From contig CAZXEE010000004.1 in NCBI GenBank assembly GCA_964639785.1, positions 1-56,879 on the forward strand: 56,879 nt of DNA. Reading direction: 5' to 3'. Positions 18,478 to 27,000 of the stretch are shown here, piece after piece. Under the pieces are notes generated by a model that was given only the letters and a program-made list of their open reading frames with translations, did not search any database and had not been told where the DNA came from. Each line of letters opens with the position of its first letter. Position 1 is the first letter of the stretch. The stretch comes from an uncultured Gammaproteobacteria bacterium. Lineage in GTDB: Bacteria > Patescibacteriota > Patescibacteriia > Patescibacteriales > UBA12465. A program made the translations under genes and the position numbers.

Positions 18478-19527
18478 ATGTTGCAGCTTTCCGATTTTGA
18501 TTACAATCTGCCTGAGGAGCTGATCGCTCAGACTCCGACTGAGCCGCGAGACCACTCGCGTCTTTTAGTTTTGTCTAAGGATGATGGAGAGATAGAGCAT
18601 CGGCATTTCTATGACCTCGTTTCCTATCTGCATCCGGGCGATATTTTGGTGGTCAATAATTCTAAGGTCTTTCCGGCTCGATTGATGGGAAAGAAAGAAG
18701 GAAGCGGTGGGAAGGTGGAAGTCTTTCTATTAAAAAATATTGCCGACCGAGTTTGGGAATGTCTTTTGGGTGGCCGTGTCCATGAAGGTCTGGGGATTGA
18801 ATTCGATGAAGGCTTAACCGCTAAAGCGATTAAGAACAATCAGGATGGTACTTGGGAGGTGGAATTTAATCAAGAATCAAAAGAGCTTTTAGCTATTACC
18901 GAAAAGATCGGTTCAGTACCGCTTCCGCCATATATCAAACGCGATGAGGCTTTGGAGAATGATAAGACCCGGTATCAGACGGTCTATGCCGATAAGGAAC
19001 AGACTGGTTCAGTGGCAGCACCGACGGCTGGGCTACATTTCACTAAGGAATTAATGGAGCAGATCAAAGCCTTGGGAGTGGAAGTCCTGGAGCTGACCCT
19101 TCATGTCGGAATGGGAACTTTTGCTCCGGTTAAAGTCGATGATGTCACTAAGCATAAAATGCATGCAGAGTGGTTGGAAATAAAATCAGATATTATCAAA
19201 AAGATCGTTAAGGCTAAACAGGATAAACGACGGGTTATCGCTGTCGGCACTACCAGTTGCCGCAGCTTGGAGACTTTGGGAAAATATTTGGACGACTCTT
19301 TCGATAGTGACAAAGATTTTAAATGTTGGACGGACATCTTCATCTATCCGCCTTATAAATTTAAGGTAGTCGATGCCTTGGTAACTAATTTCCATCTGCC
19401 GCAATCAACTTTATTAATGTTGATTTCAGCCCTAGCCGGCAAGGAAAATATTGACAAGGCTTATGAAATAGCCATAAAACAAGGTTATCGCTTCTTTAGC
19501 TATGGCGATGCTATGTTTATTTACTAA
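18478..19527 (+). CDS. queA: S-adenosylmethionine:tRNA ribosyltransferase-isomerase
   Basis: Motifs LSDFDYNLPEELIAQTP, SRLLV, VAAPTAGLHFT, AVGTTSCRSLE and FFSYGDAM. Confidence 0.95.
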   Translation: MLQLSDFDYNLPEELIAQTPTEPRDHSRLLVLSKDDGEIEHRHFYDLVSYLHPGDILVVNNSKVFPARLMGKKEGSGGKVEVFLLKNIADRVWECLLGGRVHEGLGIEFDEGLTAKAIKNNQDGTWEVEFNQESKELLAITEKIGSVPLPPYIKRDEALENDKTRYQTVYADKEQTGSVAAPTAGLHFTKELMEQIKALGVEVLELTLHVGMGTFAPVKVDDVTKHKMHAEWLEIKSDIIKKIVKAKQDKRRVIAVGTTSCRSLETLGKYLDDSFDSDKDFKCWTDIFIYPPYKFKVVDALVTNFHLPQSTLLMLISALAGKENIDKAYEIAIKQGYRFFSYGDAMFIY

Positions 19528-19641
19528 TATTAGCCGTTTACTTTAGTTTGCTCTTTCGGCTTGATTATGTTAAATTAAGTGTATAATAATTATATTAATG
19601 CTTTAAAATAGCCAAAAAACCTATTTTTATAGCCCTCTTTT

Positions 19642-20196
19642 ATGCTTAAAAAGATTTTAGAATTCTTTAAAATCGTTATTATCTCTTTAGTTATTATTTT
19701 GCCAATTAGATATTTTATCATTCAGCCTTTTTATGTTAAGGGCGCTTCGATGGAACCGACCTTCCATGACCATCAGTATTTGATCATTGATGAGATCGGT
19801 TATCGTTTCAATGAACCGAAGCGAGGAGATATCGTAGTTTTCCGTTATCCTCAAAATCCGCAGGAATATTTTATCAAGCGGGTAATCGGTTTGCCGGGAG
19901 AACGGGTTGAGGTTCGGGATGGCAGCGTCTATGTTTATAATGATAAGTATCCGGAAGGATTCGTATTGGATGAGAGCGCTTATCTAGCTGATAATATCAA
20001 GACTTATGACCTAAGCGAAGAGATTGTTACTTTACGCGATAATGAATATTTCGTCTTAGGTGATAATCGTAATGCTTCTAAGGACTCTCGCAGTTTCGGT
20101 CCTGTTAATAAAAGTTTCTTAACCGGAAGAGTCATGTTCCGCGGCTGGCCGTTCAATCAAATAACGGTTTTCCATACCCCGGAATATAAATACTAA
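19642..20196 (+). CDS. lepB: Signal peptidase I
   Basis: N-terminal TM helix. Catalytic Ser box GASMEPT, Lys box KRVIGLPGE, and GDNRNASKDSR. Confidence 0.9.
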   Translation: MLKKILEFFKIVIISLVIILPIRYFIIQPFYVKGASMEPTFHDHQYLIIDEIGYRFNEPKRGDIVVFRYPQNPQEYFIKRVIGLPGERVEVRDGSVYVYNDKYPEGFVLDESAYLADNIKTYDLSEEIVTLRDNEYFVLGDNRNASKDSRSFGPVNKSFLTGRVMFRGWPFNQITVFHTPEYKY

Positions 20197-20207
20197 TTTA
20201 CAAAATT

Positions 20208-21545
20208 ATGTCACGACCTAAAAAAATTGTTAAAAAAGCGGCCTCAGTTAAGGGAGCTGAAACCCGAAGTCGCAAGGACGTTATTTCTCGTATTTTGGGT
20301 GCCAAAGATATCAACTTCTCTGATTATAAATATTGGAATTCGGTAATTAATAAAGTGATAGAAGCGGCTAATCTATATGGTTTTAGCCGGGCTGAAACTC
20401 CGATTGTCGAAAATCTTAGCCTGTTTAAGAAATCTCCTCGTTTAAAAGATACTTATTATTATCAAATCGGGAAGACTGATAAGATAGCGCTTCGTCCTGA
20501 CTTAACTCATGGTTTAGGTCGGTTTTATTTGGAGCAGGATTTAGGCGCTGGGCCTCAACCGGTAAAGATCTTTTCTATCGGTTCAGTTTTCCGTCATGAA
20601 GCTCGGGTCCAGACCGGATGTTATCGCCAGTTTAACCAGTTCGTCTTGGAATTATTCGGCGAGTCTAAACCGATCGGAGAGGCTTTATTAATCGAGATTA
20701 TCTATAATATTTTCAAGGAATTGCAGATCGATGTACAGGTGCAGATCAATAGCGTCGGATCTTTTGAATGCCAGAAAGAGTTCTTGAATAAATTCGTTAA
20801 GTTCTACAAGGATCGATCCAAGAAGATTAAGCTTTGCCCAGAATGCAAGAAGAATCTGTTGAAGAATCCTATCCTGCTTTTGGAGTGTGAAGAGCCGGGT
20901 TGTGTTGAAATTAGGAAAGAGGCTCCGCCAATCACTAATTTCTTATCAGAAGAAAGCAATAATTATTTCACTCGCGTCTTGGAATACTTAGATGAGTTGA
21001 ACATTAATTATAATTTTAACCCTTATTTGATCAAGGGCTTGAATTACTACACCGAAACCATCTTTGAAATTTGGCCAGTGAATGAACAGGGCGAATTGGA
21101 CGGAAAATTGTCTTTGGGCCGAGGTGGCCGCTATAACCATTTTATGGAGCAATTAGGCGGAAAAGCTACTCCTTTGTTAGGTTTTGCCGGTGGTTTGGAA
21201 CGGACCGTAGCTAAGATCAAAGAAAAGAACTTGATTTTTAAGAAGGAAGAGAATATAATATTTTTGGCTCAAGTTAGCGACCAGGCCAGAATTAGAGGTA
21301 TGGCTCTCTTTGGAGAGTTGCATAAACTAGGATATAGCATACGCCAAGCCTTTTCTGTTGATAATCTAAGAGACCAACTAGAAGAAGCTAAGAGGCTGAA
21401 TGCTAAGATCATATTGATTCTGGGTAAGAAAGAAGTCAGTTCAGAAACCATCCTGTATCGGGATGTAGAGCTGGGCGTCCAGGAAGTCATTACCCAGAAA
21501 GATCTGAAAGATCGCTTACAGAAGAGATTTAATCAAAAATCATAA
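20208..21545 (+). CDS. hisS: Histidine--tRNA ligase
   Basis: Class II motifs ALRPDLTHGL, FRHEARVQTGCYRQFNQF, RGGRYNHF and GFAGGLER, plus a C-terminal anticodon-binding domain. Confidence 0.85.
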   Translation: MSRPKKIVKKAASVKGAETRSRKDVISRILGAKDINFSDYKYWNSVINKVIEAANLYGFSRAETPIVENLSLFKKSPRLKDTYYYQIGKTDKIALRPDLTHGLGRFYLEQDLGAGPQPVKIFSIGSVFRHEARVQTGCYRQFNQFVLELFGESKPIGEALLIEIIYNIFKELQIDVQVQINSVGSFECQKEFLNKFVKFYKDRSKKIKLCPECKKNLLKNPILLLECEEPGCVEIRKEAPPITNFLSEESNNYFTRVLEYLDELNINYNFNPYLIKGLNYYTETIFEIWPVNEQGELDGKLSLGRGGRYNHFMEQLGGKATPLLGFAGGLERTVAKIKEKNLIFKKEENIIFLAQVSDQARIRGMALFGELHKLGYSIRQAFSVDNLRDQLEEAKRLNAKIILILGKKEVSSETILYRDVELGVQEVITQKDLKDRLQKRFNQKS

Positions 21546-21584
21546 TTATGAATAATAATAATCAAAATAGAAAGGGGGTCGTAT

Positions 21585-21821
21585 ATGGCTGATTTTAAGA
21601 GAAAGCCGGGTGAGAGCTTTGAAAGCTTTTTGCGCCGCTTTAAGACTGGTTTGAAAAATAACCGTATCTTGGAAGTTTCTCGCCGTAAGCAGCACATCGA
21701 ACCAAAGCGCACTAAAAGAATCTTGAAGAAGAGAGCGCTTATCGGTTTGGATATGCACAAGGAAAGAGAATATTTACGCAAGACTGGAAAGTTAAAGGAA
21801 GATTCTAGAGGCAGAAGATAG
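21585..21821 (+). CDS. rpsU: 30S ribosomal protein bS21
   Basis: ESFESFLRRFKTGLKNNRILEVSRRKQHIEPKRTKR. A strong Shine-Dalgarno sequence (gaaaggggg) precedes the ATG. Confidence 0.85.
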   Translation: MADFKRKPGESFESFLRRFKTGLKNNRILEVSRRKQHIEPKRTKRILKKRALIGLDMHKEREYLRKTGKLKEDSRGRR

Positions 21822-21832
21822 TTTGAATATAT

Positions 21833-21865
21833 AAAAAAGAAGGACTTTGGTCCTTCTTTTTTTTG
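21833..21865. terminator. Bidirectional intrinsic terminator
   Basis: Hairpin agaaggac-tttg-gtccttct, flanked by an A-run and a T-run. Confidence 0.7.
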
Positions 21866-21869
21866 TAGT

Positions 21870-22352
21870 CTAATTAATTTTTTTCTTTTTGGTTTCGTTA
21901 CGAATTTCTGTTATCAAGATCGGGATTGCTGGTATCAAGCTAATAATAGCGCTGCTTATCACGGCCCAGGCTATCAGCTCAGCTTCGTTGGGTATGACGA
22001 AATGGAAATCGCCCCTAGTAGTCATCGAGAGAAAGAAGTAGACGGTGATAATGTTCAGGGAATACCAGATGACTTCTGGTATCTTTGGGATTTTTTCTGT
22101 TTCCAAATCCTTGTTGATTGAGATTACTTTTTGGGATACCAGTTTTTTCAAATAGAACAAGAAGCACAAGGCTAATAAGGCGAAGATTGCCATCATTGAT
22201 TTTGCGATAACCGGTAATAAGTTAAACAGGTCATAGTTGTGGCGGGCTATCAATCTTAATGTTCCGATAGTAATCAGTCCAGTCAGGACAAGAAACATGA
22301 CGGTGGTAATAATGATAATAGTTCTGGGTGCAGTAATGGTTTCTTTTTTCAT
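21870..22352 (-). CDS. Hypothetical polytopic membrane protein
   Basis: ORF of 160 aa with about 4 hydrophobic helices, located downstream of rel on the same strand. No family recognised. Confidence 0.55.
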   Translation of the reverse strand: MKKETITAPRTIIIITTVMFLVLTGLITIGTLRLIARHNYDLFNLLPVIAKSMMAIFALLALCFLFYLKKLVSQKVISINKDLETEKIPKIPEVIWYSLNIITVYFFLSMTTRGDFHFVIPNEAELIAWAVISSAIISLIPAIPILITEIRNETKKKKIN

Positions 22353-22421
22353 CTTTGATATTATTTTTTTGGTTCGTATTTTGAAAGAGCAGATTATTTA
22401 TATCAATTCATCGGTCCTTTG

Positions 22422-23903
22422 TCAATCGGTTTCGGTTTTGGAAAAATAACCCTTAATCCGGTCAAATATCGGGTTTTTAGTGTTCTTCTTGATCATTTCC
22501 CGGGCATGTTTGGTCTTGGCTATCTTCAGCCAGGAACTGCTTGGTCCGGGACGTTTCTTGTCGATTACCACTTCTACCAAATCGCCATTTTTCAGCTCTT
22601 GTTCCAGGCTTCCGATCTTGTCATTAATGATCGCTCCGGTTAATTTATTTCCGATATCGGTATGGACGGCATAGGCGAAATCGATCGGGGTGGAGTGTTC
22701 GGGCAACTCAAAAACATCGCCTTTGGGAGAAAATACAAAGATGCGGTTTTGAAAGATATTGGATGATTGGATCTCCTGGACAAAATGCCGGGCGTCTTTG
22801 TTATCCCTTTTTATTTCCAAGATCTCTTTGACCCATTTAGGCTGGTCGTCCGGCTCGTGGCTATTCTTTTGGCCATGCTTGTAGTGCCAATGGGCAGCAA
22901 TACCATAGAGAGATTCTTCATTCATTTCGGGAGTTCTAATCTGGAATTCGACTGCTTTGCCATCAAGCCCAAAAACAGTGGTGTGCAGAGAACGATAGCC
23001 GTTCGGCTTAGGGACGGCGATATAGTCTTTGAAGCGGTTGATCTTTGGTTTCCAGATGGTGTGGATGATGCCTAAGACCTTGTAGCAATCCGGAATGCTT
23101 TTGACGATGATTCTTAGGGCAAATACATCGTAGATTTCATCGAATTTACGGTCTTTTTGCTGCATTTTCTGCCAGATGCTATAGAGATGTTTGAAGCGGT
23201 ATTCTATCTGATAATTGGAAATCCGGTTCTTGGAAAATTCTTGAGCGATGATGCTTTTGACTCGCTGAAAGAATTGGTTCCGTTCCGCTTTCTTTTCCAC
23301 TTCGTACTTGAATTCTAATTTCTTGAAATCATCCGGATAGAGATTCTTAAAACAGATATCTTCCATTTGCCATTTGAGGCGCCAGACGCCTAAAAGACCG
23401 GCGATTGGAGCATAGATTTCTAGGGTTTCCTTGGCTATCCTTTCCCGCTTGTTTTCCGGCAAGGACTCTAGGGTCCTTAAATTATGCAGTCTATCGGCAA
23501 ATTTAATGTAGATAATGCGTAAATCATCGGCCATGGCGATAAACATTTTACGGAGGTTTTCGCGATATCTTTCCACGCCGCGGTATTTGATCTTGCCCAG
23601 CTTAGTGATGCCGGCAACCAGATTGCAGACTTCTTCGCCAAAATTCTTCTTGATATCATCTAAGGTTATATCAGTATCTTCTGGGACATCGTGCAAAATA
23701 CCGGCGACGACGGTAGGGAGGTCGGATTTGATTTCGGCTAGGACAAAGGCGGTATGTAGAGGGTGTTGGATATATGGTTCGCCACTCTTTCTCAGCTGCC
23801 CCTGATGGGCTTTTTCGGCGAATTCATAAGCCAGGCGGATCAGGTCGGTATCGGCTTTAGGGTTATTGTCTTCGAATTTTTTTATTACCCGATCAATGGT
23901 CAT
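22422..23903 (-). CDS. rel: Short bifunctional-type (p)ppGpp synthetase/hydrolase (RelA/SpoT homolog: HD + synthetase + TGS only)
   Basis: HD hydrolase motifs (HPLHTAFVL, ILHDVPEDT), synthetase core (ALRIIV, YRSLHTTV, EFQIRT) and TGS (VFSPKGDVFELPEHSTPIDFAYAVH). The ORF ends ~60 aa after TGS. Confidence 0.9.
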   Translation of the reverse strand: MTIDRVIKKFEDNNPKADTDLIRLAYEFAEKAHQGQLRKSGEPYIQHPLHTAFVLAEIKSDLPTVVAGILHDVPEDTDITLDDIKKNFGEEVCNLVAGITKLGKIKYRGVERYRENLRKMFIAMADDLRIIYIKFADRLHNLRTLESLPENKRERIAKETLEIYAPIAGLLGVWRLKWQMEDICFKNLYPDDFKKLEFKYEVEKKAERNQFFQRVKSIIAQEFSKNRISNYQIEYRFKHLYSIWQKMQQKDRKFDEIYDVFALRIIVKSIPDCYKVLGIIHTIWKPKINRFKDYIAVPKPNGYRSLHTTVFGLDGKAVEFQIRTPEMNEESLYGIAAHWHYKHGQKNSHEPDDQPKWVKEILEIKRDNKDARHFVQEIQSSNIFQNRIFVFSPKGDVFELPEHSTPIDFAYAVHTDIGNKLTGAIINDKIGSLEQELKNGDLVEVVIDKKRPGPSSSWLKIAKTKHAREMIKKNTKNPIFDRIKGYFSKTETD

Positions 23904-23910
23904 AAAATGA

Positions 23911-23939
23911 TTGTCATTTTTTTATTATTATGATATAAT
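23911..23939 (+). promoter_or_regulatory. Sigma70 promoter with extended -10 for the giant surface-protein locus
   Basis: TTGTCA, 17 nt spacer ending in tga, then TATAAT (TGaTATAAT). Confidence 0.5.
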
Positions 23940-24023
23940 TCTATTACAAAATAGCCAGCAAGTAAAGCGATTAAAGGACCATTTTAGAGTCTGTCGGTCG
24001 GCTGGTAATTTAATATTTCTCTC

Positions 24024-27000
24024 ATGTTTCCCAAGATGAAAATTAATCGGTCTTTACTCCTCCTAGCTTTGTTGATAGGTGGATTTTTATTAGCTAAAAA
24101 CGTTTTTGCTTTGGATGTCGGCACCAATGAGGTCACTAATGCTATCCAATTGGGAGCTACTGATCCTAGAAAGATAGTTGCCCGGATTATCAATGTTGCC
24201 ATGATGTTTTTGGGTATTATTGCTGTTGGCATTATCATTTTTGCCGGTTTTAAATGGATGAGTTCCCAAGGCAACGAAGAGCAAATTGAATCAGCTAAGA
24301 AAATCTTGAAAGCTGGCGTTATTGGTTTAGTTATCATTTTAGCTTCTTGGGGAATTGCGGCTTTTATCTTGAATCGTTTGATAAATGCTACTGGAAATAA
24401 TGGTACTGGTACTGACGGTGGCAATGGCGGCGGTGGCAATTTACCTCCGTGTAGCGGCAATGGCTGCGTTGGAATGGCTTGCGATGACCAACCATTAGTT
24501 ACCGGTTGCCAATTCAGTACTTCCAGTTGTCAGGCTGGGTTAGCCTGTAGTCCGATTTCCTGTACTTGCCAACCTTGTCCGGCCTCTGATCCTAATTGCG
24601 CAACTAATTCCGGCGGCGGTTTCGGAGCTGCTTGCGATAGCGATTTAACTAACGCTACTTGCGATGCCAGCAACGAGATGTGTGATGCCAACCAAGGATT
24701 GACTTGCGATCCTAATTCCTGCACTTGCTTAGGCTCCCCGGTCATTACTGAAATCAGTCCTGTGGGTGGTTTCTGCGAAGGTGATGTTAATAAGGCTTGT
24801 GATACTGACAGTGATTGTGCTGGCGGTGTCGGTCCTTGTAATATAAATGCTCCGAATGGCGCTACCAATAATATCATTTCTATCCATGGTTATAATTTTG
24901 GGACCACTAGCACTTCAACCGTTGGTTTGAGTCAGGTGGTCTTTTTAGGTGATGAAGCTAATCAGGGTGATGACAAGGTAGCTTTGGATCCGACCGCTAT
25001 TAATCCGGTTTGTAATGATTCTTGGTCTAATAATGAAATTATAGTGGCTGTTCCGAGTGGGGCAGTTTCTGGTCCAATTAAGGTAGTCAATGGCAGCTTA
25101 AATAGCAATCTCATTGATTTTGATGTTACCAATAATGAAGTAGGAGCTCAGATTCCTAATTTCGTTTCCAATACTATTGCTCGTCCTGGTATTTGTCGCA
25201 TTACTCCGGACAATGAAGTCATGGGCGGTTCAGTCAGTTATTTCGGTAATAATTTGAGCGGTGCTGGATATTTTGGTAATGATGCTAATAAGTTTAAGGG
25301 TATTAGTTCGACTTTTAATTCTTCCAATACTTCCGGCTCTGTGCTAGTGCCGAATGTCGGCGCTGGTTATATGAGCACCTTTGTAATGAACCCGGCTAAT
25401 CAGAAAAGTAATTTTGTCGCTTTCCGCAAGAATCAGGAACCGCCGACGCCGCCTTCTATTTCTAATTTTGATCCACAAACAGGTAGTGCCGGACAGTATG
25501 TTACCATTCGCGGTAACGGTTTTGGTAATTCTCGAGGTAATAGCCAGGTATTTTTTGAAAGCACTGAAGCTAGTTATAGTTTCCCGGCCGTCTGCTTGCA
25601 ATCGGTTTGGAAAGATAACCAGGTTATCGTTAAAGTGCCAACCGGTTTAGCTAATGGAAGCTATAATATAAAAATGAAGATCGGTTCTTGGGAACAGATT
25701 AGTGCGGCTAGTAATTTTTCAGTTAACAGCGCTTTGTCCCTTTTGCCAAGCTTATGTAAGGTTGAACCGAGCCGCGGTCCGGTCAATGCTCAGGTCAGTT
25801 TCTATGGTGAATATTTCAGTTCTTCAACTTCCGGTGTCGCTAGATTTTATAATACTAAAGATTCTTCCGGCCCGATTTCTGATGATAGCGGTGCTAATAA
25901 GCTGAAAGCTAATGTCCCGATTGATGCCGTCACCGGTCCAGTCAGGATCGTTGATAATTCTCGAATTGGAAATAGCCTTAATTTTTCAGTCGGTTCTTGC
26001 ACTAATAATAGCGAGTGTGATAGTGGAACTCCTTTCTGTTGTCCTTTGGGCAGCCAGAAGCAGGGGCAATGCGCTATTTCTTTGATGAATTCTACTAATG
26101 GCTGCTATAGCAGTATTCCGACTTCTGTTTTTGAATGGAAATTCGGCACATCATTAGCCGTACCTTGCGATAGCGATACTTCTAATGCTACTTGCAATGC
26201 TAGCGATGCGATGTGTAATAGCGCTACGCTTCATTGCAATACTGAATCTTGTACTTGTGAACCTTGCCCGGAAAGCAATCCTCAATGCGGTACAGAGTCT
26301 TTCTATAGCTGTGCTCAGAAGGGCGGTGGCAGTTATTGTCCGACCGGCTTCTGTCCTAATTCTCCGGGCCAATGCTCCGCTTATGACGGCACAGTTAAGA
26401 TGGATACCGGCGTCAGTTGTGCTAATGCGGCTTGTAACGCTTTTCCTTTCTGCTCTGGCAATACTTGCCATTATTTGGCTAGCTTGAACAGATGTATTAA
26501 AAATGTTCCTACTCATTGCAGTTCCGATGTTAGTGTTTCTCTTGATTTTGGCAATCCGGTAATTTCTAGCAAGACTTTCGTTAAAAAATGCGTCAATTAT
26601 TCTGGCAATAATAATCGTTGGGAAATCAATTTCCCTGGATCTTGCCCGAACGGTTGGTCTAGTATCGGACATGGAAAATGCGCCGATACTCTTTCTGGTT
26701 CGACTTGTAATGTTTGTGCTGCTGGCGGCAAATGTATAAATGGAACTTGTGCTACTGATAAGATCTGTCCGGTTGGTTCAACTTGCAATTCTAATAATAA
26801 ATGTGAAACTAGCAACCAGGCTAGTTGTGATTGTTGTTGTGAAATCGGCCAAGATGCTCGTGATTGTTGCGCCCCTTTGACCTGTGGCGGTACTTGCGGT
26901 AATGATACTAATCCTAATGATAATACTGGATTCGGCGTCTGTTCCGGTTGTGCTGCAGTGGGTACCACGCAGGCTGAACATGATGCGGCTTGTAATTGTG

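Noticed and set aside
20829-20905. Four-Cys cluster in HisS (LCPECKKNLLKNPILLLECEEPGC) as a novel zinc finger.
   Set aside because: It aligns with the ordinary HisRS insertion-domain motif (..R...NPLR.LD.K...). Cys-containing versions of this segment appear to be a known lineage variation, so it is not distinctive enough.
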